This document shows positions 51,168 through 63,610 of a stretch of DNA of 64,000 nt, one piece after another. This DNA comes from Candidatus Buchananbacteria bacterium. Its GTDB lineage: Bacteria > Patescibacteriota > Patescibacteriia > 2-01-FULL-39-33. The translations under genes were made by a program, and so were the position numbers. Under the pieces are notes generated by a model. That model saw nothing but the letters and a program-made list of their open reading frames with translations. It searched no databases and was not told the origin of the DNA. Positions within the stretch are counted from its first letter, which is position 1, and each line of letters starts with the position of its first letter. The DNA is taken from positions 5,048-69,047 of the forward strand of contig CAIOLF010000024.1 of assembly GCA_903859075.1 (NCBI GenBank). Reading direction: 5' to 3'.

Positions 51168-52205
51168 TTATTTATACCACCTTCTTATTTCTTTGGCGGT
51201 AACCCGGCATTTTGAAAAAATATATTTTCTTTTTCTTCTGATTCTTCCCGACAGTGCCAGCACTTCGCCAATGGCTTTAAGGTTGCGCGGCTCAAAAAAT
51301 AATATATAGAAAAACTTGCCGATTTCGTGCCACAGGATTTGCGGCAGATAACGCAGCAAGTTAGCGGCGAATTCATCAGCCAAAAGCCAGAGAAAATGAT
51401 TACGATAAGAATAATATCTGGCCAGCTGGGATTTTTGGGAACGCGCCTTGATGATTCGCCCGAGACTGTCTTCGTCCGATCCGGACAACGTCCGCAAATG
51501 ATAGGCAACCGCGCTGGGCACGAATAGCGACGGCCGCCCCATCAGCTGCAACCGCCAAGCCAAATCAACATCTTCTTTATAAAATAAAAAATCGCCGTCA
51601 AAATAATCGCCGTTGGGGTGATCATCGTTTTTAAGAATGGCCTCCTCCAGGGCTTCCCGCTTAAATAACGCCAAAGCGCCTGACTGGCCGAATACTTCCT
51701 GCTGCTGCAAAAATCTGTCTTTGGGCTCGCCGGCGCCCAGCTCAACTACCCGATGATTTTTACATACCAGCAAGCCGCAAGAATCGATTCTATCTGTTTT
51801 TTCAAAGTCACCCACTTCAATATTGATGCTTTTGAGCTTTAACAAACGGCCGCCAAAGCTGCCATAACGAAAATACCTGTCCATCTCAGCCGTCCGCATT
51901 ATTTCCTCCAGCCAAGTCGGCTCCAGAATAATATCTTGATTGCACAGCACGACATAATCAGTCTTAACCAAGCGCAGGCCCTGATTATTGGCTTTGGCAA
52001 AAAAAAGATTTTTATTATTTTTAATTATATTGACGCGAGGATAATTGCGGCGGACAAAATCAGCCGTATCATCTTGGGAATCATTATCAATCAGCAAAAC
52101 TTGGAAATCACGATAAGTCTGATCAAAAACTGAATTCAAGCAATGAGCAATGTAAATCTTGCTGTTATAAGTAGGAATAATGATTGTAACTTTGGGACTG
52201 GACAT
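51168..52205 (-). CDS. GT2 glycosyltransferase
   Basis: IDNDSQD, FAKANNQG, NQD, YKEDVDLAWRL. Confidence 0.92.
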   Translation of the reverse strand: MSSPKVTIIIPTYNSKIYIAHCLNSVFDQTYRDFQVLLIDNDSQDDTADFVRRNYPRVNIIKNNKNLFFAKANNQGLRLVKTDYVVLCNQDIILEPTWLEEIMRTAEMDRYFRYGSFGGRLLKLKSINIEVGDFEKTDRIDSCGLLVCKNHRVVELGAGEPKDRFLQQQEVFGQSGALALFKREALEEAILKNDDHPNGDYFDGDFLFYKEDVDLAWRLQLMGRPSLFVPSAVAYHLRTLSGSDEDSLGRIIKARSQKSQLARYYSYRNHFLWLLADEFAANLLRYLPQILWHEIGKFFYILFFEPRNLKAIGEVLALSGRIRRKRKYIFSKCRVTAKEIRRWYK

Positions 52206-52246
52206 TTTAATTGTTAACTGTTAATCGTCAATCGTTAAATGTTAGT

Positions 52247-53737
52247 TTATGCTTTCTTCTGCGTCACCCAAAAACCGAGGCGCCACTTGCCGCCCAGCAA
52301 TAATCTGGTCTGAGCGTCAATCGCCGGAATAGAGCCGAAAACAATCATCGTGACGGGAAAAATCACCCACTGGACAACCATAATCAAATAATTGTACCAG
52401 CCAAAACCCTTGGGGCGGCGCGGCAACAGCAAGGTATACATGAAAGCGTTGAAAACCAAGCCGATCATGCCGACGGTCATTAGCGTCTCCAGCGAATGAG
52501 GGGCATTTTGAAAAAAAGCCGAGACCTTATCAGAGGGAGAAGCCACCCACAGCGGCAAACGGCCGACAATCAAGATGAGCAGCGGCGCCGTCGCCCAAGA
52601 GTACATGCCTTCCAGCTGATTCCAAAAATACCGCCAGCGAATTTTCAGTGGTATCCGGCGATTGGCCTTGGCTCCAAAAAAATTGTCCCACATCCAAGGA
52701 TAGTGCTCAACGCCCCAAGCCCAGCGCCGCATCTGTTTGTATTGATTTTTGAAACTGCGCCGCAAGCTGCCAATGTAGACTGTATCCATGGAAAGAGTGG
52801 TAAACATCGGGACAATCTCATAATCACCGTCATAGCGCACCAGCGCCTGCAGGCAGATGCGCGAGTCCTCCGTGACGATCGTCTTATCATGAAAGCCGAC
52901 GTCAAAGAGCATCTTGAAACTCATGCTGTGGGAAGAAAAAGTCAGCAACTTTTCCGGACGCGACATATCGGTGAGGAGCCAAAAAGTGGTCGCCGAGGCC
53001 ACGACGCGGATAATCGGATTTGATTCCCAAATATTGTTATTGTAAAGAATGAGCGGCTGATAGCTGGCATGAGTCGGGTTGGGATGGGTCAGGTATTTGT
53101 AAGCCAAGCAAGCGAAGTACTGGGGGTGCGGCAGGGTTTCGATGTCAAAGCAGGAGACGATTATTTTTTCATAAGGAATGCCCAGGGCGTCTATCTCCTG
53201 CTTCAAATTCTGTTCCATAAAATGCACATTAGCCCCTTTGCCGAGTAATTCATCGGGCTGGCTAAGATGAACCGTAATATAAAGCCGGAAAAATTTGTCG
53301 CCGAACTCGGCCTTAATCCTCTCGGCAATGGCCAAAAAATTCTTCTCGTCGCGATCCTCGCCGCCCAAAGCGACGATCATTTTGTCCTTGGGATAATCCG
53401 TTTCTAAAAGCTTCTTAAGAGATCTGGCGATAACCTCATAGGGCTCTTTATAAGTCGGGTAAGTAATCACGTGGTAATATTCATGATAATCCTTAGGCAG
53501 CTTCTTAAGCTCTGACATCCAGTCCTTCCTGATATCCCGCAAATATCTAAACCAGGAGACAAACAGCCAAAACATCATGTAGAACAGGCGGACAATCCAA
53601 TAGACGGCAAAAACCAAGATAAAATAAATCGCCCACAGGGGCCTTACTAGAGATAAGATAATAACGCCAAGAAGCGTAATCCAGACCAGCAAAGCTGGGG
53701 TCATTTCCATCATTTTTTGGCTAAAAAGCTTTTTCAT
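52247..53737 (-). CDS. Membrane GT2 (processive-type) glycosyltransferase
   Basis: TM segments, PTYKE, VTED, QMRRWAWG (QxxRW). Confidence 0.85.
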   Translation of the reverse strand: MKKLFSQKMMEMTPALLVWITLLGVIILSLVRPLWAIYFILVFAVYWIVRLFYMMFWLFVSWFRYLRDIRKDWMSELKKLPKDYHEYYHVITYPTYKEPYEVIARSLKKLLETDYPKDKMIVALGGEDRDEKNFLAIAERIKAEFGDKFFRLYITVHLSQPDELLGKGANVHFMEQNLKQEIDALGIPYEKIIVSCFDIETLPHPQYFACLAYKYLTHPNPTHASYQPLILYNNNIWESNPIIRVVASATTFWLLTDMSRPEKLLTFSSHSMSFKMLFDVGFHDKTIVTEDSRICLQALVRYDGDYEIVPMFTTLSMDTVYIGSLRRSFKNQYKQMRRWAWGVEHYPWMWDNFFGAKANRRIPLKIRWRYFWNQLEGMYSWATAPLLILIVGRLPLWVASPSDKVSAFFQNAPHSLETLMTVGMIGLVFNAFMYTLLLPRRPKGFGWYNYLIMVVQWVIFPVTMIVFGSIPAIDAQTRLLLGGKWRLGFWVTQKKA

Positions 53738-53821
53738 AACGTTTTCAGAATAACATTTTAAGCAAAAAAAATCAAGGTCTTTAAAACCCCGCCCTGACGG
53801 GCGGGGCTGGCTTCTGAATTT

Positions 53822-55873
<2,052 letters not shown>

Positions 55874-55882
55874 TTAAAATTT

Positions 55883-56800
55883 TTACTGCTGATCTTTTTT
55901 TACCAGCTCTGCCGCTGCCACTCCTTCCGGCAGGTTGTCGCCCCGGCAATTATGCTCTTTAAAAACCCGCACCGAGATATCCCTGACATACTCAGCGGCA
56001 GTCCCCCGCGGCTCAATGGTGACCAGATAAGAAGCTGTCTCGTTGTCGGCCAAATCGAAGCAAAGCGCCGCCAGCCGTGAATCAAAATTCCTTACTTCGG
56101 AGCGCGAATCTTTCCGACTAACAGCGGCAATCTGACTGAATTGGACGCTAAGCTGGCTGAAGTAGCCGCCTTTCCGCCAATAAATGCCGACGGACCTGGG
56201 CAAGCCGCTAACAGTAGTCGAAACAATCTCCACCCTGGCTTTGTCTCCGGCATCCAGTCGCGACCAATAGGCCTCCGGCAATTTATTCTGAAAAGATTTA
56301 AAATCCGTCACCTGCCAGGAGTCAGCCAGATCAAAAGATGCTATGAAGCTGCTGCGGCCGCCGGCGACGCTGATTTCTATTAAATTACTAACGCCTGAAT
56401 TGCCGTCCGCTTCCCCATCAGGCAGCAGCGCTATCTTAAAAATCCCGGGCGTCGGACGCAATGATTTAACGGAGACGCTGCCTAAAAAAACTTTTTCCAG
56501 AACTATTTCTTGCCCTTCGGCCGTGAGAACGCCGAGCTCATAAAAACAATTTTTCCGGCAGTCCCTAAGCGCCAGACTATAAGACGCCGGCACGCGATCA
56601 TTGACCATCTGCCTATTAACGGCCAAAACATTAAGCCGGATAATCCCCTGCTGGATCTTATCGGCGGCGGCCATTGCCTTTTTTCCTTCGGAATAATTTA
56701 TCGTCCAAATTACAGCGCCGATGATTATTAATATTACCGCTAAAAAACTAATAACTCCAGCCGGCCTGAAAAAAATATTAATTTTTTTCTGTTGTTGCAT
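55883..56800 (-). CDS. Membrane-anchored hypothetical protein
   Basis: N-terminal TM; located in the pilus gene cluster. Confidence 0.6.
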   Translation of the reverse strand: MQQQKKINIFFRPAGVISFLAVILIIIGAVIWTINYSEGKKAMAAADKIQQGIIRLNVLAVNRQMVNDRVPASYSLALRDCRKNCFYELGVLTAEGQEIVLEKVFLGSVSVKSLRPTPGIFKIALLPDGEADGNSGVSNLIEISVAGGRSSFIASFDLADSWQVTDFKSFQNKLPEAYWSRLDAGDKARVEIVSTTVSGLPRSVGIYWRKGGYFSQLSVQFSQIAAVSRKDSRSEVRNFDSRLAALCFDLADNETASYLVTIEPRGTAAEYVRDISVRVFKEHNCRGDNLPEGVAAAELVKKDQQ

Positions 56801-56818
56801 ATAACTAATTAATAATAT

Positions 56819-57679
56819 TTAGAAAAATCCCAGATACCAGCTGATAATTCTCCCGCCCAGCCACAGAGTAATCAGCGCCGCTGGCGCCAAAAAAACGGCA
56901 AAAGGGATCTCGCTGTTTAATTTCTTGCCCTTGGCTATAACCAGCATAATCGAAATGGCCGCTCCGACGATATAAGCGAGAAAAATCCCCAAAATGATCT
57001 GCGGCCAGCCGAGCAAGACGCCCAACAAAGCCCCTACCCGCAAATCGCCGCCGCCGATCCAGCGGCCGCGCGAAATAAGATATTGCGAAGCAAAAAAACC
57101 AAAACCGACCAAGGCGGCCGCGGCTAAATTTATCGGGCTATAGCCGAGCAGCAGATTAAGAATAAAAATGACCGCCAGCGCCGGCAGAGCGACCCGATCC
57201 AGAATCACCCGCCACTTGAGATCATAGACGAAAATGACAACCAAGAAAAAAATAGCCAGCCAGTCACGCAGCAATTCAAGCAAAAAATTTCCGCAAACCG
57301 GCAGCCAAGAAAAAAAACACGAGCTGTCAAGATCATAAGCAACGATAGGAAAAGAATTGTTTCTGATGCTAATATAAGCCGCCAGCGCAAAAAGCAAGCC
57401 GGTAGCCAATTCTACCGCCGGATATTGCCAAGAAATTTTCTGCTGGCAATAGCGGCAACGGCCTCTTAAAAAGATAAAACTGATAATCGGAAATAAGTCA
57501 ACCCAGCCCAGGCGCTGCCGGCACTTGGGGCACTGCGACGGCGGCCACAGCAAACTGCCGCCGGCATGAAACCGCTCAATCACCACATTCAAAAAACTTC
57601 CTATTACCGCTCCGACTACAAAAGACAGCGGATAAATCGCGGCCATGCCCAGATAAAACATATCATTGCTTAATTCCAT
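56819..57679 (-). CDS. pilD: Prepilin peptidase
   Basis: GSFLNVVI, SQCPKC, GRCRYC, YP.VEL, GGGD, IPFA.FL. Confidence 0.93.
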   Translation of the reverse strand: MELSNDMFYLGMAAIYPLSFVVGAVIGSFLNVVIERFHAGGSLLWPPSQCPKCRQRLGWVDLFPIISFIFLRGRCRYCQQKISWQYPAVELATGLLFALAAYISIRNNSFPIVAYDLDSSCFFSWLPVCGNFLLELLRDWLAIFFLVVIFVYDLKWRVILDRVALPALAVIFILNLLLGYSPINLAAAALVGFGFFASQYLISRGRWIGGGDLRVGALLGVLLGWPQIILGIFLAYIVGAAISIMLVIAKGKKLNSEIPFAVFLAPAALITLWLGGRIISWYLGFF

Positions 57680-58070
57680 TTTTAGTATACGAATACGCGC
57701 CCTTTAATAAGCCGGAGACCGTTGTCTCCAGGGCGAATCCAATTTCAAAATCATCATCGCTTAAAGAAACTATTTTATATTGGTAACCGCGCCCATTAAG
57801 GGGATCAACCAGGCGGCCGAGATTTATCCGTCGCTCGTCCTCGCCGACGCAGCTGTTTACCGCCGCCGGCGGATTACAGCCGGGAATGCGATAAGTATTA
57901 AATTTGAAAAAATAATCCGCCAACACTTGCTGGATCTGCTTGAGGTCGCCCAGCCGCTGATAATCGCGCCCCTTAGCTTGGCTCGCCTGCCAAATGAAAG
58001 CTAAGCCGATACTGGCTATGATTAAGAGCAGGCCATAAGCAAAAAACTTGAATCTGGTGCGCTGGGTCAT
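57663..58070 (-). CDS. Pilin/pseudopilin-like protein
   Basis: TM then AKGRDYQRLGDLKQIQ..L..Y, typical of pilin-like helices. Confidence 0.6.
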   Translation of the reverse strand: MTQRTRFKFFAYGLLLIIASIGLAFIWQASQAKGRDYQRLGDLKQIQQVLADYFFKFNTYRIPGCNPPAAVNSCVGEDERRINLGRLVDPLNGRGYQYKIVSLSDDDFEIGFALETTVSGLLKGAYSYTKNGIKQ

Positions 58071-58205
58071 AAATTTGGATGATATTTATAGCTTTATTAT
58101 AACATAAACACCCCCCGACTTCTAGCTTGGCCTCCCGAGTAATTAAGAAAATCCTTCCCAACTGGCGTCGGAAAGGATTTTCTGGTATTTTCTAGAAAAT
58201 AATCA

Positions 58206-58601
58206 CTAGGGGCAGATGGTCGCGCCGTTAGAGACGCCGCCGCTAACGACCTTGGCCGCGCCAATTGAATCCACGCAGAAATCTCCGGTAGCGCTGCAGA
58301 GATCGGCCCAAGCGGCCCAAGCAGTGCCATCAGCGGAAACACTGACATTGTAGGCGGCATCCTGAGAGCAGGCGGGCGGAGCAATGGCCGGAGTAACTTG
58401 AGTGATCAACATGCCGGTATAAACACCGTTCTCATGGCTGGTCTCGGCGAAAGTCCTGAATTGAGACAGGTCGTTTTTGATCTGGCTGTCATAGGCCTTG
58501 TTTCTGGCGCTGTTTAAGGAAACGACCGCCAGAGAAGCTAAGATGCCGATAATGGCGATAACCACCAGCAACTCAATTAAAGTAAAACCTTTTTTGTTCA
58601 T
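58206..58601 (-). CDS. Type IV pilin
   Basis: [21 protein letters not shown]-methylation motif; C-terminal cysteines. Confidence 0.93.
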   Translation of the reverse strand: MNKKGFTLIELLVVIAIIGILASLAVVSLNSARNKAYDSQIKNDLSQFRTFAETSHENGVYTGMLITQVTPAIAPPACSQDAAYNVSVSADGTAWAAWADLCSATGDFCVDSIGAAKVVSGGVSNGATICP

Positions 58602-58717
58602 ATTTTTGGTTTAATGCTTGTATTTATCAATAAATTGCCAGGGATAAGTCGACCTTTTGCTTATCCACATTGAATTTATGTATTAATTATAGCAAAACAA
58701 TTACCAAAGACTACCAA

Positions 58718-59110
58718 CTAGCTCTTACCGGCGCCGGCCAGTTTTTTGATTTTTCCGACGACTTCCGACGGCATAAAGTGGGCTTTAATCAGGTAATCGG
58801 TACCGCCCAGTTTCAGGCCCTTCTCTACATCAGCTTTCTGGCTCAAATTAGTCAATAGAATAATCGGGGTTTTTTTAAACTCTGGCTGCGCCCGTAAATT
58901 TTCTAAAATTGAAAACCCGCTCATTTTAGGCAGAATTAAATCCAGTAAAATAACATCCGGCTTATTTTTTTGAGCCATCTCATATCCTTTCTCCCCCTCA
59001 TAAGCGACATAAGTCTTGAATCCTTCCAATTCAAACTTGGTCTTATACAGATCGGCTAAAAAAACATCATCCTCAATCACTAAAATCGTTAGCTTTTTTT
59101 CTTTAGGCAT
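58718..59110 (-). CDS. Single-domain response regulator
   Basis: IEDD, LLDLILPKMSG, LT, YLIK. Confidence 0.92.
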   Translation of the reverse strand: MPKEKKLTILVIEDDVFLADLYKTKFELEGFKTYVAYEGEKGYEMAQKNKPDVILLDLILPKMSGFSILENLRAQPEFKKTPIILLTNLSQKADVEKGLKLGGTDYLIKAHFMPSEVVGKIKKLAGAGKS

Positions 59111-59123
59111 AATAAAACGTTAG

Positions 59124-59504
59124 TTACTTATTTAATGCTTCCTGCACCGAACGGCAAGCGTTATCCGGCTGCCGTGTTTCCAAATCCAGGATTCCGGTGA
59201 CAAAAAGTTGACGCGGCTGGATCTGCTTCGGTTCGAAAGGATTACCGCGGCCCGCGCTCAGCTGGCTGCCGGTGATCGGCCACTGGCCGCAAAGCAGCAG
59301 GCCCGACAACAACTCGCGGAGCTGGGCTTTTTCCTGTTCGGCCAAGACGCCGGTTTTTGCCACCTCGGTGCTGGCCTGAGCCGAGTTAAGATACTTGGGC
59401 GCGGCGCGGCCGCTAAGCAAAATTAAATCAAAAGAAAAACAAACGACTATGACGAGCAGCAGCCAGCCGATCAGTTGAGTTACTTTTTTATAGTCGTGTT
59501 CCAT
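59124..59504 (-). CDS. Hypothetical pilus-cluster protein (PilP position)
   Basis: N-terminal TM, GRGNPFEP motif, follows the pilO-like gene. Confidence 0.55.
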   Translation of the reverse strand: MEHDYKKVTQLIGWLLLVIVVCFSFDLILLSGRAAPKYLNSAQASTEVAKTGVLAEQEKAQLRELLSGLLLCGQWPITGSQLSAGRGNPFEPKQIQPRQLFVTGILDLETRQPDNACRSVQEALNK

Positions 59505-59507
59505 ACT

Positions 59508-60083
59508 TTAGGGCGCTTGATAATGATAAGTCCTGAGCTGCAGCTGATAACCGTCATCCTTATAACTGACGCCATTGACATTAAGGTAAAGGATGCTTGA
59601 TTCCATCGCCTGCAATAATTTCTTTAAATTTTCATAGCTGCCTCCTTGCAGCTTCAGAGTCACGTCCGTCCCCTTCAACCGGGAATCCGCGAGAGTAAAA
59701 TTATCGCCTTGAGCTTCCCGGTTTTCCAAACTGGAAACCTTGAAGCCGTTATTCTCCGCCAAGGCATTGAGCTGCATTGCCAGGTTGGGAAAATCAAATT
59801 TCTCCGGCAAAGCCAAGTCAACTAACGCTTTTTCTCCGGCGGCAACTTCTGCCGGAGGAATTTTCTGATAATCGCTTAGCGCCGCCGCCAATGAATTATT
59901 TTCCTCTTTTAACGAGGCGAGAGCGTAATTTTTGCTCCACCAGTACTGCTGGCATTGGACGTCGATAATCTGCATATAGCCCACGAATAAAACCGCGACC
60001 ACGATCAAAACGATAATGAGAGGATAAAACTCATGAATAAAAGCTCTCATCTGGCTGGATTGGCGCTGTTCTTGGTGGTCCAT
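59508..60083 (-). CDS. PilO-like pilus assembly protein
   Basis: TM, coiled coil, LALPEK, GSYENLKKLLQAME. Confidence 0.7.
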   Translation of the reverse strand: MDHQEQRQSSQMRAFIHEFYPLIIVLIVVAVLFVGYMQIIDVQCQQYWWSKNYALASLKEENNSLAAALSDYQKIPPAEVAAGEKALVDLALPEKFDFPNLAMQLNALAENNGFKVSSLENREAQGDNFTLADSRLKGTDVTLKLQGGSYENLKKLLQAMESSILYLNVNGVSYKDDGYQLQLRTYHYQAP

Positions 60084-60084
60084 A

Positions 60085-61521
60085 TTATTTCATTTCCCAA
60101 TTTTTATTGAAAATTCCTTCGAAGATATTCAGGCGCGGCTGGAAATTAATCATGACCCGGCCGACTTTCTCATCATTGGCTTCTTTGGCTTCATTGACTT
60201 TCACTGCTTTGACGAATTCTCCGGCGCCGGAAAAAACCGCCGTTTGCTCAGCCGCCGTCTGATAGCTGGGGGCCATGGCCGAAAGGGACATTGGTCCGCC
60301 GGCCTCAGCCGACAATTCACGATAGTAAACGTCATCCAGGGTATATTTTTCTAAGAGATTAAAAAACGTCTGCCAAGTATTTTGATTTTTTATCAGCGAT
60401 CCCAAAGCAGCTAAGCGGCCGTTAAAAACATCCAGCTGCCCTTGCTGCCGCAAATAAGGAGACAGTTGGCTATTTAATTCGACTTTCTGTTTCTGTGCCT
60501 GAGTTATTTGCGCCTCTACTTTGACCTGCTGGTAGTTAATGAAAGAAAAACATCCATAGATGGCCAACGCCGGCAAAATCCAAGCGGCGACGAAAATTAA
60601 TAGCAGCAAAGCGAAACTCGGCTCGCGCTGCTCGTGCTGAATTGGAGGCAGTTTGGCAAGATTGATCCGCACCGCCGACGGCTGAACCGGCGGCGCCTGA
60701 TGATAGCTCGGCTGAACCGGTTTTATGTCCGGCCTATGGCCGTTTTGCGGACGATAAACCGGCGCTGGGCCGGCCATGATTCTGGCATGCTCGCCAGCCA
60801 GATGTAGGCCAGCGACATTTTTCTTTTTTGGCGAAGTAAATAATCCATGAAAGATTTTCCACCAGCTGTCGCGCGGTTCCTTTTTGATCGGTTTAACAAG
60901 TGCTGGCATTGGCGCCGGCAGCGGACGCGGCGGCAAAGAAGCCGGAATGGCAGCTGGCTTAGGGAGTGGCATCGGCTTGGGCGCTTGTGGCTTTCTGGCA
61001 AATAATCTTGCCCAAAAAGATTTCTTCTCCGCCGGCTTGGCATAAGTCTTATAAGGAGCTGGCGGCATTGCCGGACGCGGCGGCTGCTGCTGGAAAAATC
61101 CGTTCTGCGGACGAGCTGGGGCTGGTTGTGCCGGACGCGGCCAGGGTTGCTGCGGCTGCGGCCGCGCCGGATGCTGCTCTCTCGGCCCGGCATAAGCGGC
61201 CTTGGTGAATTCCTGCGGCTTGGCGCCGAACTTGTAATTGAATTGTTTCTTTTTGGAAGCGGCCAATAAATCCATGTCAAAACTTGATTTGAAAACCGCT
61301 GGCGGCGTTTGAAAAGGCAGAGCGACCTTTTTTGGACGCGTGCCAAAAAATTCCTTCAGCCAGGATTTTTTCGGTTTGTCGCTTTCTTTTTTGAGTGCCT
61401 GCTGAACCGGCAAAGGACGGTTAAGCTCAATTCTCTCGATTCTTCTTTGCTTGGCCAGATGCTCCAATTCTTTTTGCTCTCGCCGCCGCAATTCTTCGGG
61501 CAATAAATTTATGTTAGCCAT
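60085..61521 (-). CDS. PilN-like protein with long Pro-rich cytoplasmic region
   Basis: INLLP PilM-binding motif, TM near residue 305, coiled coil and PilN-like C-domain; directly after pilM. Confidence 0.7.
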   Translation of the reverse strand: MANINLLPEELRRREQKELEHLAKQRRIERIELNRPLPVQQALKKESDKPKKSWLKEFFGTRPKKVALPFQTPPAVFKSSFDMDLLAASKKKQFNYKFGAKPQEFTKAAYAGPREQHPARPQPQQPWPRPAQPAPARPQNGFFQQQPPRPAMPPAPYKTYAKPAEKKSFWARLFARKPQAPKPMPLPKPAAIPASLPPRPLPAPMPALVKPIKKEPRDSWWKIFHGLFTSPKKKNVAGLHLAGEHARIMAGPAPVYRPQNGHRPDIKPVQPSYHQAPPVQPSAVRINLAKLPPIQHEQREPSFALLLLIFVAAWILPALAIYGCFSFINYQQVKVEAQITQAQKQKVELNSQLSPYLRQQGQLDVFNGRLAALGSLIKNQNTWQTFFNLLEKYTLDDVYYRELSAEAGGPMSLSAMAPSYQTAAEQTAVFSGAGEFVKAVKVNEAKEANDEKVGRVMINFQPRLNIFEGIFNKNWEMK

Positions 61522-61529
61522 GATATTAA

Positions 61530-62654
61530 TTATTCAATGTCGCGCATCGCCAGTCCCACGGCGACGGCAAAACGCGCTCCGAGACGGTCCAGGATCGGCT
61601 TGAGGTCGGTGGGATAAATAACGCGCGCCCAAGGATCGCCGATATAGGTGTTTATGGACAATACCCGCGACAGATAACCGGTCAGATGCCCTAGGAAAGC
61701 CGTGCCGCCGGTAAGAACTATCTTTTCTACTTTTTTGTTATGATTCTTCTGGTAAAAATCCAAAGTATATTTAATCTCATTAAGTATCGGCTCAAAACTC
61801 TTTTCCACCGTGGATGGCAAAATACTCTCGGAAGTCTCCAGATCAAGCGCCAAATCCTGCTTGAATTGCTCGGCTTTTTCCATAGTAATGTTCAGGTTGG
61901 CGGAAACGGCTTTAGTGATCAGATTGCCGCCGGATTTCAAGCTACGGGTCGCTACCGGCACGCCTTTTTCGATGATGGAAATACTGCTCGTTGTCGCGCC
62001 GAGATCAATCAACATGATAATTGATTTGTCATTGCCGACTAACGCCCGAGCCAGAGCGAAACTTTCCGTTTCCAAGCTCAGCAATCCCATACCCGCTTTG
62101 GCGAAAATATCAATGTATCTTTTGATCACATTCTTGCCGGCGCCGGTGAGTAAGATGCGGACATTTTTTCTGGCTTTGGAATAAATGCGTTTAAAATTAA
62201 GATTCTTTTGCGTGTCTTTGAGGATGTCCTGCGCTTTCTTTTCTTCTTCCTCCGTCAACTCCCCGATTTCCTCGATTATCTTCCAATCCAAAACCACTTC
62301 CTCCAGTGAGGCGGGAATGATTTTTTTTGCCTCCCAGGCAATGGCTTGGGCCAGCTCTTTTTTGGGCATCTCCGGCAAAGTCAGAACGCTGGTAAAAACA
62401 GCGTAATTCGGCAAGGCGGTAATCGCTTTTTTTGACGCCACTTTGGCTTTTTTACAGATATCAACCAGCACGGAAGCCGCTTCGTCAACATTTTCAATCA
62501 AGCCGCTATCGCTGATGTTAGCCGGGTTTTTTTCGGTAAAGCCGTAGGTGACCAGCTTGGGCCGGCCGCCGGCGTTGGCAAGCTCCACTACCTTAATTGA
62601 TGAGGAGCCAAAATCAACGCCTAAATAATTTTTGGGAGAGGAAAATAATCCCAT
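61530..62654 (-). CDS. pilM: Type IV pilus assembly protein PilM
   Basis: LGVDFGSSSIKVVEL, IDLGA, LTGG, AVAVGLAMR. Confidence 0.93.
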   Translation of the reverse strand: MGLFSSPKNYLGVDFGSSSIKVVELANAGGRPKLVTYGFTEKNPANISDSGLIENVDEAASVLVDICKKAKVASKKAITALPNYAVFTSVLTLPEMPKKELAQAIAWEAKKIIPASLEEVVLDWKIIEEIGELTEEEEKKAQDILKDTQKNLNFKRIYSKARKNVRILLTGAGKNVIKRYIDIFAKAGMGLLSLETESFALARALVGNDKSIIMLIDLGATTSSISIIEKGVPVATRSLKSGGNLITKAVSANLNITMEKAEQFKQDLALDLETSESILPSTVEKSFEPILNEIKYTLDFYQKNHNKKVEKIVLTGGTAFLGHLTGYLSRVLSINTYIGDPWARVIYPTDLKPILDRLGARFAVAVGLAMRDIE

Positions 62655-62750
62655 AGATTTTGTTTAAATTTAAACTTATCCACAGAACCTGGTTAAATTA
62701 ATTATAACATAAAAAGGAGAAAAATGAAAAATAGAAATTAAGAAACTAAT

Positions 62751-62849
62751 TCCTCCCCTTTCCAGGGGGAGGTTAGGAGGGGTTATGAAACGAACTCTTG
62801 CCTTGTGACTTTCAAAACCTCCCCTGACCCCTCCTTGGAAAGGAGGGGC
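62751..62849. repeat. GC-rich bipartite palindromic (REP-like) element
   Basis: CCTCCCCTTTCCAGGGGGAGGTTAGGAGGGGTT...AACCTCCCCTGACCCCTCCTTGGAAAGGAGGGG; same architecture as 30728-30815. Confidence 0.75.
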
Positions 62850-62956
62850 ATTAAAAAATCTTTGCCCTAGTTGACTAAAACACAGTAATATTGTAACATT
62901 AATGCAAATATGGCGTAATTTTAACGCCCAATTAATAATCATTTAACCAAAAAATT

Positions 62957-63514
62957 ATGATGACTCCCGTCTGGATCATAATTGCCGTAGTGGCAGTTAT
63001 CGTCCTCTGGCTAATCGCCATTTACAACCGCCTGATCACCCTGAAGAACCGCACTGATGAGGCCTGGTCCGACATCGACGTGCAACTGAAACGGCGCTAT
63101 GACTTGATCCCTAATTTGCTTGAAACCGTAAAGGGCTATGCCACCCACGAACAGGGCACCTTGCAAAAAGTTATTGATGCCCGCAGCGCGGCCATGACCG
63201 CCGGCGGCAGCCGGGAGACTAAGGCCAAAGCGGAAAACGCCTTGTCAGCGACCTTAAAATCAATCTTTGCCTTGGCTGAGAGCTATCCGGATCTGAAGGC
63301 CAACCAGAACTTCATGAAATTGCAGGACGAGCTTTCCGATACGGAAAATAAAATCCAGGCTGCTCGCCGCTTCTACAACGGCAACGTCCGCGACTTCAAC
63401 ATTACTATAGAAGTTTTCCCTAACAATCTCATCAATGGAATGCTGAGATTCAAAAAATACGAATTTTTTGAAGCTAATGAGGAAGAAAAAAAGAATGTGG
63501 AAGTAAAATTCTAA
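62957..63514 (+). CDS. lemA: LemA family protein
   Basis: AWSDIDVQLKRRYDLIPNL, AESYPDLKAN, ARRFYN. Confidence 0.95.
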   Translation: MMTPVWIIIAVVAVIVLWLIAIYNRLITLKNRTDEAWSDIDVQLKRRYDLIPNLLETVKGYATHEQGTLQKVIDARSAAMTAGGSRETKAKAENALSATLKSIFALAESYPDLKANQNFMKLQDELSDTENKIQAARRFYNGNVRDFNITIEVFPNNLINGMLRFKKYEFFEANEEEKKNVEVKF

Positions 63515-63610
63515 TAACTAGCTTTTAAGAAGTCAGTTTGCTAGCTTTAATAATTTAATAATTATAAGCTAACAAGCTATAAGCTAACAAGCTAAGAAGC
63601 TAATTCCCCT

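Noticed and set aside
62676-62942. 88-aa ORF containing PPFQGGVRGG..TPPNLPLERGG
   Set aside because: Translation of the palindromic repeat in a promoter region, not a credible gene
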